A stretch of DNA of 64,000 bases, taken from positions 2,016,001 to 2,080,000 of the forward strand of contig OY820905.2 of NCBI GenBank assembly GCA_963555755.3, in the 5' to 3' direction. The position numbers and the translations under genes were made by a program. The notes under the pieces are model-generated. The model saw only the letters and a list, made by a program, of their open reading frames with translations, ran no database searches and had not been told where the DNA came from. Each line of letters opens with the position of its first letter. The stretch's first letter is position 1. Source of the stretch: Nitrospirales bacterium. GTDB taxonomy: Bacteria; Nitrospirota; Nitrospiria; Nitrospirales; UBA8639. Positions 51,758 to 60,723 of the stretch are shown in pieces.

Positions 51758-51903
51758 TCAGAGACACTTGATCCAGGTGTCGTCTTCACAATATCCAAGA
51801 TTTCCCGTCTGACCGGGTGAGCCAATGCCTGAAACAGCGCATCAAGTTGCGGTTCTTTCATACGTAACTAAATGGTTACGTAATTGATTCTGAAACGTCA
51901 ACC
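51758..51903 (-). pseudogene. Truncated duplicate of the ArsR 5' end and its operator
   Basis: Near-identical to 54811-54953; cut by the mini-IS6. Confidence 0.88.
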
Positions 51904-52343
51904 GTATCGTCCTGCGGGTGTAAAGGAAAAGTTTCCTGACACCTTTTCCCTCAATTTATGTTACATAGCAAGGACGAAGCTTTGAATTTTAGTTAACAAA
52001 GGGCTTGACCCCTATTCCTAGCCCCCCTTACTTTTTCTGGAAAGCTTGGACCTCAGAATGGTTGAGACCAAAAAATCCAATGGGTGAGTGACAGCCTTCC
52101 AGAGTGTGTTTCGATAAAAGGGTAGTGCCCTCTTTTTCCCATTTTGATTTTGTAGTTTTTTTAATGGGTAGGGTTGGATACAGTAAGTCTAACACCAATT
52201 GTGTTACGTGAGGGAGGGCAGACGGAATCCACTGATGGCATGTGGAAAAGTGAAACTTTGGAAGGTTCCGGCGACCGGTAGTTATAAAAGGATGCGCATC
52301 TGGATATGTTTTTCACCACTTAAGACTAGCCATTGAGTTCACT

Positions 52344-53366
52344 ATGAATCGTGCAACAGTACAGTGGGCTGATTTGTCGGATGAGCACATTTTGGATCTT
52401 CGTTTTGGTGACCTGGGGCTCAAAATTCCGGGTAGCCCTATCGCACCTTTTATTCGGCAACTTAGCCATGAGTTGAAGCAACGGGGGCTGGTGTTTCGTC
52501 CGCATTGCTGGTTGTCTGACGATTGGTTTTCTCCCGATGGTATTCCCGGGATCGCATTACCGTTTTATATGGCCCACCCGCGGTTGCAACGTCTGGAACT
52601 CAACCAAATGTTGGAAGTCGAAGGGGGAACGGCAGAATGGTGTATGCGAATCCTCCGACATGAAACTGGTCACGCTATTGAAAATGCCTATCGGCTTCGG
52701 AGACTCCGCCGTCGGCAAGAGCTGTTTGGGAAATCATCCAAGGCCTATCCCGATTGGTATACACCACAACCCTACAGTAAGCGATATGTCGTCCATTTGG
52801 ACATGTGGTATGCCCAAAGTCATCCGGACGAGGACTTCGCTGAAACCTTCGCCGTCTGGTTAGATCCTGATTCCAATTGGAAGCTACGCTATGCCGAGTG
52901 GCCCGCGTTTCGAAAACTTCAGTATGTTGATGAACTCATGCAGAGTCTGGAGGGGAAGCCTCCGCCGGTCATCAATACACAACGTGTCGATCCCATCGGG
53001 AGTCTGAAGAAGACCCTTCGCCAACATTATCATGAAAAGCGAGATCGTTATGGGCTCGATTACCCAGACTTTTATGAGCGGGATTTGCGCCGATTATTTT
53101 CCGACCATCCCGACTACAGCCAAAACCCACGAGCAGACCAGTATTTGTCGAAAATCCGAAAAGACGTGAGAAGGAAGGTCACCTATTGGACCGGCGAGTA
53201 CCAATACACCATTGATCAGCTCCTGAAGGAGATGATTGCCTATTGCCGCAAGCATAAGTTGAAATTGATGGGAACCGAGGAGCAAACCAAACTGGACTTC
53301 ATGGTTTTGTTAACGGTTCAAACCATGAACTATTTGCACAATGGCCATCATCGAGTCGCCTTATGA
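52344..53366 (+). CDS. Putative zinc-binding metallopeptidase
   Basis: HETGH (HExxH) and YAQSHPDEDFAETFA. Confidence 0.85.
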   Translation: MNRATVQWADLSDEHILDLRFGDLGLKIPGSPIAPFIRQLSHELKQRGLVFRPHCWLSDDWFSPDGIPGIALPFYMAHPRLQRLELNQMLEVEGGTAEWCMRILRHETGHAIENAYRLRRLRRRQELFGKSSKAYPDWYTPQPYSKRYVVHLDMWYAQSHPDEDFAETFAVWLDPDSNWKLRYAEWPAFRKLQYVDELMQSLEGKPPPVINTQRVDPIGSLKKTLRQHYHEKRDRYGLDYPDFYERDLRRLFSDHPDYSQNPRADQYLSKIRKDVRRKVTYWTGEYQYTIDQLLKEMIAYCRKHKLKLMGTEEQTKLDFMVLLTVQTMNYLHNGHHRVAL

Positions 53367-54391
53367 GAAAACTCCGTATTCTGGCCCTCATGCATGTAGA
53401 CCTTGTCCCGCCGAAAGATGTGAAAGGTGTTGATCTTTCCACGGTGAGTTGGAAAACCGAGTTTGATGTGTTGGAGACCTTGAAAGGTCTGGGTCACCAA
53501 GTGTTTCCGGTGGGGGTGTGGAATGATTTGGGGGTGATTCGAGATGCCATCGAAACCTTGAAGCCGCATATTGCGTTTAATTTGCTGGAGGAGTTCGCGA
53601 GCCAGTCGACCTACGATCAGAACGTGGTGTCCTATTTGGAGCTACTCGGTTTGCCGTACACGGGCTGTAATCCGCGAGGGCTCATGTTGGCTCGGGATAA
53701 AGGATGGACGAAAAAGATTTTATCCTATCATCGAATTTCCGTGCCGGAGTTTTTGGTGGTGCCGATCCGGAGGACCGTGAAACGGCCAAAACGTTTGGCG
53801 TTTCCATTGATTGTCAAATCTATGACCGAAGAGGCGTCATTAGGGATATCGCAGGCATCCATTGTTGAAGATGATGAAAAGTTACGGGAACGGGTGGCGT
53901 TCATTCACCACAGTAATACCGTGGGGACCCCTGCCTTGGTGGAACGGTATATTGAAGGGCGTGAGCTCTATGTCGGGGTGTTGGGGAATACTCGTCTTCA
54001 GGTACTCCCGATTTGGGAGCTGGTGCTGGATGATATGCCAGAGGCTGCCAAGAAAATTGCCACAGCCAGAGTGAAATGGAGCGACAAGTACCAAAAAAAA
54101 TATCGCATTCGCTCACAAGAGGCCAAGGGGTTGTCCCCTGAACTCCAGCACAAAATTCAAAATGTGGCCAAACGGGTGTATCGTCACTTGGCGCTCTCAG
54201 GGTACGCCCGAATCGATTTGCGGCTTGCGGAAAACGATCAGAATAAGATCTATATCTTGGAGGCCAATCCGAATGCGCAATTGGCCTATGGGGAAGATTT
54301 AGCTGACTCCGCAGAGCGTGCGGGACTCTCCTACTCAGACCTTCTTCAACGAATCCTCAATCTTGGATTACGGTTCCAGGGTGATCTATAA
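53363..54391 (+). CDS. ATP-grasp ligase (D-Ala-D-Ala ligase-like)
   Basis: LPYTG, DK, PLIVK, ERYIEGRE, YARIDLR and LEANPN; ATGA overlap with the peptidase. Confidence 0.88.
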   Translation: MRKLRILALMHVDLVPPKDVKGVDLSTVSWKTEFDVLETLKGLGHQVFPVGVWNDLGVIRDAIETLKPHIAFNLLEEFASQSTYDQNVVSYLELLGLPYTGCNPRGLMLARDKGWTKKILSYHRISVPEFLVVPIRRTVKRPKRLAFPLIVKSMTEEASLGISQASIVEDDEKLRERVAFIHHSNTVGTPALVERYIEGRELYVGVLGNTRLQVLPIWELVLDDMPEAAKKIATARVKWSDKYQKKYRIRSQEAKGLSPELQHKIQNVAKRVYRHLALSGYARIDLRLAENDQNKIYILEANPNAQLAYGEDLADSAERAGLSYSDLLQRILNLGLRFQGDL

Positions 54392-54439
54392 CTCAATCTT
54401 CCTTCCCGACGGTAAAAATTTTATTTGTGGCTGTGTGCG

Positions 54440-54583
54440 GTGAGTGCAAAAGCTGTCTGTGAGCAGTCTTGGATACTGTCCGTTCCACTTGGTGAAGGGG
54501 TGTATTTTGGTGAGTCATTCTCACACTTGTTCGATGGGGGCGGCGATCGTGACCTTAAAGATGGCTTTTTCTTTTTCGCTCAT
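54440..54583 (-). pseudogene. SRPBCC-like remnant downstream of ArsR
   Basis: MSEKEKAIFKVTIAAPIEQV*E*LTK: premature stops where VW.ALT is expected. Confidence 0.6.
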
Positions 54584-54914
54584 GCGGTGTGACCTTTCGT
54601 TCAAGGTCTTTCTTAAAGGTAGAGAGACTGCGAGCCCAGGCACTGTCATATTGAGTCGTCCAGCGATCGTAGATCGCTTGAATGGGCATGATGTTGAAAT
54701 ACAGCAAGCGGCTTCGTCCTGATTTTTCCGACACGAGCATGCCCGCAGTCTCCAGCAACCCAAGATGTTTCATGACAGCAATACGGCTCATGCTGAAATG
54801 TCCACACACGTCAGAGACACTTGATCCAGGTGTCGTCTTCACAATATCCAAGATTTCCCGTCTGACCGGGTGAGCCAATGCCTGAAACAGCGCATCAAGT
54901 TGTTGCTCTTTCAT
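54555..54914 (-). CDS. ArsR/SmtB family transcriptional regulator
   Basis: FQALAHPVRREIL, MSRIAVMKHL..LE and KSGR; palindrome TATGTAAC-N6-GTTACATA at the start codon. Confidence 0.9.
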   Translation of the reverse strand: MKEQQLDALFQALAHPVRREILDIVKTTPGSSVSDVCGHFSMSRIAVMKHLGLLETAGMLVSEKSGRSRLLYFNIMPIQAIYDRWTTQYDSAWARSLSTFKKDLERKVTPHERKRKSHL

Positions 54915-55213
54915 ATGTAACTAAAAAGTTACATAAAAATTTAAAAAAGTCAACGGGAAAAGACCATAAGTTAGTGAGAAAAAGGTTCCTGAAACCTTTT
55001 TTATTCAACTGTCCGAAAATGTTTAAAATACGTGTTCATGTCTAGTTTCCTTTATGTGTCACGCTGGGAGTATTCCCTTGGCGCGTAGATTTTGGTTCCA
55101 TTCCTTAACAGTTATCTCCGTGTGCTCGTCCTTGGACAAGCCGTCGACGGATCGGCAAACAGCGTGCCTGCATGTGCTCCGATCATCTGCCAGAGCACAA
55201 TCCAGGCCGCCGG

Positions 55214-55807
55214 TTATGCATTACTTACAAGTTGCAATGTCGCTACCGAAGCGGGTTGAAGCATCAACTCCGCCAATTTCTCCTGCACTGAAAACGCTGG
55301 AAAATGTCCAGACTTTAGATCATGAACGGTTTCGACTTTCCAGTTAGCAATCATCGTGTCCTGCAGTGCGGGCGAAGTAACTTTATCGATGCTGGTGCGA
55401 AGGTACGTCTTTGGCACGGACCCGAAGTTTTCGTCGCTTACCATTACCTTGGCCATAAATGGTTCAGTCGCCTGTTTTTCCGCCATCAGTGGCAACACAC
55501 GTTGGATGACTTTTTCATCAACGTCATGAAAACCAATGCTGCGCAGTGTTTGCTCTGAAACCGATGCGTAGGTTTGATCGTCTGAAAACACGATTTCCGG
55601 AAGGAACTCGTTAGCGGCGTCGCTTTGCATGGCTTCCAAAACAGTTCCACCGTCTTTCAACAAGAATGCGGCGACGTAGATCAGTCGTTCAATCTTCTCA
55701 GGTATCTGTTCAGCCACCTGAGAGATAACCGCACCGGTCATGCTGTGACCCACCAAAATCACCTGATGGTCAAGCGGCTTGATGACATCGACAACGGATT
55801 GTATATA
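55214..55807 (-). pseudogene. Alpha/beta hydrolase, 5'-truncated by IS630
   Basis: VILVGHSMTG nucleophile and SGHFP; reading frame broken at the IS630 boundary. Confidence 0.8.
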
Positions 55808-56925
55808 TTAATCCGGCAATACTAGACCGTGCATCCTATGCAGCATAAGCAATCTTGGGATGGTTGAAGTACTTTTTCACCCTATTCGGCAACTTCTGCA
55901 ATTTCGTCATGTGCGAGCGCACCTTTTTCTTGAGCCCCGCTGCATCGCGAGCCGGGGAGCGTGAATGCACTCCGGCCTTCAGATCGCCATTCAAATATTC
56001 GTCAGGATTCAACTCCGGGGAATAGGCGGGGAGAAAGAACAGTTCGAGGGCCTTCGTGTAATCCTTCAACCAGTCCTTGACCACTCGGGCATGATGGACC
56101 CGCAGATTGTCTAGAATCAGAAAGATCTTCCGATCCGCCTCCTTGAGCAATTGCTTGATGAATTTGATAAACATCTTCGCGTTCAGGGTCTCCTGGTACA
56201 GCATGAACCGCACCTTCCCCTGGTTGGTGATCGACGAAATCATGGTGATCGAAGCCCGCTTGGCCGATAACCGGATCACCGGCGTCTTGCCTTGGGGCGC
56301 GTACCCTCGTCCATGCTGGCAGTCACTCCGAACGCCCGTCTCATCCCCCCAATGAATCTCAGCCCCTTCTTGCTTGGCCCGTTTGGCAATTGCCGGGTAG
56401 GCTTCATCCAGCCACTTCCGGACTGCAGCCGGGCGTTGTTCATATGCCTGTTTCAACGGCTTTTGCGGCGTAAAGCCCCACCGCTTCAGATACTCCCCGA
56501 CCGTCCGAATCGGCATGGTGATGCCCAAGCGAATCTTCATGAGTTCTTGCACCGCCTGGCGGGTCCAGAGTGCAAAGACCAACTGCAACTGATCCGGGGT
56601 CTTCTCCACAATCACCCCTTGAATCTCTTGTTCCTGGGACGCGGTGAGCGTGCGCCAGTGGCCGGGCTCAAAGCCGCGCGGCTTGGAGTGCAAGCCTTTG
56701 AGCCCTTCCCGTTCATAGACCTGCCACCAGTTGGAGACGGTGTTCCGGTGGACCCCCACGATTTCGGCAATCTCCACATACCGGTGGCCCTTCTTCTTCA
56801 GGCGGATCGCTTGTCGGCGTAATTGTTCCTGTGTCTCGGGTGTGAACGTGCGTGCGTCGTCTTTTTTCATGGGGCAGTATACCAGCATTCAACGCTTAAT
56901 GCAATCTATAGTATTGCCAGGTTAA
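55808..56925 (-). mobile_element. IS630 family insertion sequence
   Basis: IR TTAATCCGGCAATACTA / TAGTATTGCCAGGTTAA flanked by TA on both sides. Confidence 0.9.
55836..56888 (-). CDS. IS630 family transposase
   Basis: WGDETG, ILDNLRVH and YSPELNPDE motifs. Confidence 0.95.
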   Translation of the reverse strand: MLVYCPMKKDDARTFTPETQEQLRRQAIRLKKKGHRYVEIAEIVGVHRNTVSNWWQVYEREGLKGLHSKPRGFEPGHWRTLTASQEQEIQGVIVEKTPDQLQLVFALWTRQAVQELMKIRLGITMPIRTVGEYLKRWGFTPQKPLKQAYEQRPAAVRKWLDEAYPAIAKRAKQEGAEIHWGDETGVRSDCQHGRGYAPQGKTPVIRLSAKRASITMISSITNQGKVRFMLYQETLNAKMFIKFIKQLLKEADRKIFLILDNLRVHHARVVKDWLKDYTKALELFFLPAYSPELNPDEYLNGDLKAGVHSRSPARDAAGLKKKVRSHMTKLQKLPNRVKKYFNHPKIAYAA

Positions 56926-57014
56926 TAGTCTGCATATAAGTGGAATTAGGGCCGGGCATGAGTATTGAGTTTTAAGGAATCTCTTTTAAAGGTGATTTTA
57001 ATAAAGTTGAAGAG

Positions 57015-57452
57015 TTATCCAACCCAAATTGTATCCAGCCTGAGGTGAACCGCTGCCTCCCGTTGTTTTGAATCCCCTGTAATGATTGGTATCTGAATGC
57101 CTGAGGCTGCTTGAAAGGTCAGTATCGAGGCAAGATGAATGGCATCCAACGTTCGGAGTTCCGTTTTAAGAATCACCTCGTCTGCCTTCTTGAGAACTAA
57201 GGCACTCACTTCTACGAGCTCCCAGAAAGCGTGGTCGGCTTTGATCCTGCTTAGGATTTCTGCAAAATGTTTTGCAGTCAATTCTCCCAAGGTTCGTCGT
57301 CGAGACAATGCGGATATGGCCTCGGTTGGGGCAATGGCCGATGTCAGAATACGATGGGTTTTTAAAAGATGACGGGCATCGGTAGAACCCTCTTCCCGGA
57401 CATACCGTTTCACGAGCACACTCGTATCGAAATAGGCCCAAGAGGTCGACAC
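57015..57452 (-). CDS. vapC: VapC PIN-domain toxin
   Basis: YFDTSVLVKRY, LRTLDAIHLAS and TGD motifs. Confidence 0.9.
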   Translation of the reverse strand: MSTSWAYFDTSVLVKRYVREEGSTDARHLLKTHRILTSAIAPTEAISALSRRRTLGELTAKHFAEILSRIKADHAFWELVEVSALVLKKADEVILKTELRTLDAIHLASILTFQAASGIQIPIITGDSKQREAAVHLRLDTIWVG

Positions 57453-57730
57453 TAGGAGCGATCGCGCTCCTCTCGCAAAGTCCGAGACAAAGGGACCCCC
57501 TTTAGGGGACGAGGAGCCCAGGCGGGGAAAGGAGACTTCTTTTGAGCTGGCCGGAGTAACCCTGCTTCTTCAAGGCGTCTTACAGCCGCGTCACCATTTT
57601 GCCGTTCCTTGAGGGGTTTAATCGTGGCAATCGGCTTCCCACGCTCTGTCAACACGACTTCTTGCCCGGCTTTCACCGCCTTGATCGCTTTGGAAAAATT
57701 TTGATTGGCTTCCCTTAAGCCCATTTCCAT
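57452..57730 (-). CDS. Phd/YefM family antitoxin
   Basis: GLREANQNFS..VKAGQEVVLTERGKPIA. Confidence 0.88.
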   Translation of the reverse strand: MEMGLREANQNFSKAIKAVKAGQEVVLTERGKPIATIKPLKERQNGDAAVRRLEEAGLLRPAQKKSPFPAWAPRPLKGVPLSRTLREERDRS

Positions 57731-58051
57731 GGTTTGCTCTCCGTAATGTAGTAATGTCACTACATTAACTGACTTGTTCTTTTCTGTCAATCTTTCTCTT
57801 CTTTTTCCTGCGCTATGAAATTGAAACCTGAGGCTACTTTTTCCATTCGCAAAGATATAGCTCGGTTTAGTTGGGCGGCGACTTGGTCGCCGCCCACGCT
57901 GAGTGTTTCAATGGAAGTCCATGGGAAGACGTCACCTAGGACCTCTCTACGATGTCCTTCTGCAAGGAGCCGATTATTCCCAAGAGTTCTTTCTGTTCCT
58001 GTTTGGGGACCTTGAATTTTCTCAAGGTGGCTTTCAGGTGCCCCGCGACGA

Positions 58052-58844
58052 GGTATTGTCAACTTAACGATCGATGGGCAAATTGAACCAGCTAAGTCAA
58101 GCTGCTTATGCGCACACCGCTTCCTCCCAGACCTGAAAGGCCTGGGTGCGCAACAGTCGATAATGGACCGCCTGCATGAGGTGGCGGCCAAGACGAAAGA
58201 GGTTCTGGGTGAGTCCGTGTAACGTCAAAAACCGTTGAGCGTGAGTTGCTGAAGAAAACCCTCGCATATGATATTCTTGTTGCCGCGTGGGTTGGTGTGA
58301 CACTTCAACGCGGTTATTCGCGTAGACCGCATTGATATGCTCGACGGTCGGCATGGCGACCCGGTGTGCGGCGCCGTAGCTTTTGAGTGTGTTGGTAATC
58401 ATCCAGCGCGGCTCCCGGCCTTGGCCTTTCAGTAAGCGGCGGAAGAAGCGCACCGCCGCGTGTTTATTGCGTCGGCGTTGCACCAACATATCAATGGTAT
58501 CGCCGTCTTGATCCACGGCTCGCCAGAGATACTGCTGTTCGCCTTGGATGGACACAAACACTTCATCAAGATGCCACGTCTCACCGAGACGACCTTGTCG
58601 CTTCTTCAATTTCCGTGCATAGGCTGGCCCAAACTTTCGGCACCATTGACGAACGGTTTCATAGGTGACGGTGATGCCACGTTCGGCCAGCAATTCTTCG
58701 ACTGCACGGAAACTGAGGCAGAAACGATGGTACAACCAAACGGCATGGCTAATAATTTCAGAGGGAAAACGGTGACGTTGGTAGCTGGGTGGTTTATTGT
58801 TCATACAGCCCAGTCTGCCAAGTGCAACTTAAATTGACAATACC
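58052..58844 (-). mobile_element. IS6 family insertion sequence
   Basis: IR GGTATTGTCAACTTAA / TTAAATTGACAATACC. Confidence 0.9.
58106..58804 (-). CDS. IS6 family transposase (second catalytic Asp appears to be Asn)
   Basis: YQRHRFP, WHLDEV, MITNTLKSY and NNRVE. Confidence 0.9.
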   Translation of the reverse strand: MNNKPPSYQRHRFPSEIISHAVWLYHRFCLSFRAVEELLAERGITVTYETVRQWCRKFGPAYARKLKKRQGRLGETWHLDEVFVSIQGEQQYLWRAVDQDGDTIDMLVQRRRNKHAAVRFFRRLLKGQGREPRWMITNTLKSYGAAHRVAMPTVEHINAVYANNRVEVSHQPTRQQEYHMRGFSSATHAQRFLTLHGLTQNLFRLGRHLMQAVHYRLLRTQAFQVWEEAVCA

Positions 58845-58856
58845 GGAAAGGGAGCA

Positions 58857-58996
58857 CCCCTCACCCTACCCTCTCCCCACAGGGGCGAGGGGAAGATAGG
58901 GGTTTTTTCGTTCAAGATCTTTGTAATTTCCACTGTGGGTTTTGATTTGGTTGAACGCCTTTACCTCCCCTAGCCCCTCCTTACAAAGGAGGGGAA
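58857..58996. repeat. REP-like GC-rich palindromes
   Basis: CCCTCACCCTACCCTCTCCCC..GGGGCGAGGG and CCCCTCCTT..AAGGAGGGG; an inverse copy lies at ~22212-22255. Confidence 0.6.
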
Positions 58997-59027
58997 CTTT
59001 TAGCCTCATTCTTTGAAAAGTATCGTT

Positions 59028-59912
59028 TCAATCACACGGTAGTTTTTCTTGGGAGGTGTCTTGGGTTTCTTTGATGACAAAGCCACCTTCGTCGATGACA
59101 TCCGTCGGCTCTTCTAAGATGACTTCGAGTAATAGTTTGGTTCCTTTGGGTGTTAACCCATGGGAGGGGGCAATGAAATGTTTACGCGCAATTCGTCGTT
59201 CGTCCGGATCGTCCGGCTCGTAATATCCCAGCAACTCTCCACTGGTATTCGCCGCGGTCAGGCGGGTGGCCCAATCTTCCAGTAGGGGTTCGGTCCAAGT
59301 ACCTATGCGCTGGGGTTCTCGATGCTGTTCTAATTTCGTCCAGATGTGCCAACCGATAAACACGGCCCAGGTTTCGTTGATGACTTCCCAGGCATCTTCT
59401 TTGGAAAGAAATCGCATCTCGGTGGCATCCCGTCGCTGCCGTACCGGATTGATTCGCACAAATCGATAATGACAACGAAGCTGCTCATTGGCGAAGGTGA
59501 GCACACGGTTGGCGTTGGCGCTCAACCCCTCGGGTCCAGGCCCATTGAAAATGTAATCGAGATACGCATGCAAGAGTTCATGGTACAGCAAGCTGACATC
59601 ATGGTGGGTCATGCGGTCTAACGACTTCAGCACCCCGCCGGCGCTATTAAACGACAACCGCATGTTTAAGATCATCCGGTGATCCTCGGGATGATATTCT
59701 GCGGCATAGGTGCGAAGGTCTTCGAATACGACTGTGACAAAATTCGGGTCGATCTCGTTGAGGAATTGGGTGGGCAAGCCTAAGCCTTCGGCTTGTTTGA
59801 CTAAATTCGGCCAGGCATTCGTACCTTCGGCACTCTGAGCAAACCGCGTCATTCCTAACACGACGCCCAATAACAGAATCGCCAAGACCCATTTTAACGT
59901 TCCCTGCATCAT
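59028..59912 (-). CDS. Exported hypothetical protein with HExxH motif
   Basis: Signal peptide; YHELLHA ... INETWA. Confidence 0.75.
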   Translation of the reverse strand: MMQGTLKWVLAILLLGVVLGMTRFAQSAEGTNAWPNLVKQAEGLGLPTQFLNEIDPNFVTVVFEDLRTYAAEYHPEDHRMILNMRLSFNSAGGVLKSLDRMTHHDVSLLYHELLHAYLDYIFNGPGPEGLSANANRVLTFANEQLRCHYRFVRINPVRQRRDATEMRFLSKEDAWEVINETWAVFIGWHIWTKLEQHREPQRIGTWTEPLLEDWATRLTAANTSGELLGYYEPDDPDERRIARKHFIAPSHGLTPKGTKLLLEVILEEPTDVIDEGGFVIKETQDTSQEKLPCD

Positions 59913-59921
59913 GTCGTCTTA

Positions 59922-60723
59922 GGACCTGAGAGAAAATAACTTGATCAATCTCAAATCCAATCTTCGGGCCATCTTTGAACCTAGAAGCAGCAGTTGGATC
60001 ACCAAAGTCCGCGCAAGCTCTTGGCGCACATAGGAGCCTGGCCCAGATTAGACAGATCTACTGCGGGGGCGCTGGATGTGGCCAGATCTTCCGATCCTTT
60101 TCGGGGAATGTTGAAAAAGGCCCCCAGCTGCGTTCTCGGGCTTTTGGCGTGCTCACGTACTCCGTGTACGCTCCGCGCGCCAAAACCCCTGCGGCCTTGC
60201 TGGATGGCCTTTTTGAACATTTCCCGTTTTCGTTAAATAGTCACCACTATTCGCCTCAAACGATCGAAACATCTGGCTCAACCCAGCACCCCCTCGTCAC
60301 GATCGCTAATCTCGGCCAGGCTCCTCGCACAATACAAAAAGGTCTCATCACCACTAAGGGTTCGTGCAACAATAACTTTCCCTGTTTGGGTGCTGAGACA
60401 CCTGTCTGGCAAGGCGCGAGGACTGCGCATACTCCTCGTATGGAAAGGACGAGCAACGCCGCCAGACGGGATGGATCGACGCCCAAACAGGGAAAGTTAT
60501 TGTTGCGCGAGCCCTAAGGTGACCACGACTTTTTGTATTGCACCATGCACACCAATTTCTTACCCGTCTTTTTTGCGCCCACCTGCCGTTTCTAGGTTGA
60601 ACGGGCCTCAATCGAAACACCCTCAACATCGCTGTGCTATGCCTCGGGTTTTTCTCAATCGTTCCGTCCAAATCCAACCCAAATCTTGGCGCGAAATTGT
60701 TCAAGTTATTTTCTCTCAGATCC
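59922..60723 (+). mobile_element. Four-level nested MITE: H > D (59980-60596) > [E (60033-60324) > B (60103-60225)] + G (60358-60514)
   Basis: TSDs: H TTA, D TTGAA, G TAA. Removing D regenerates a close match to the empty H copy at 36504-36682. Confidence 0.9.
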
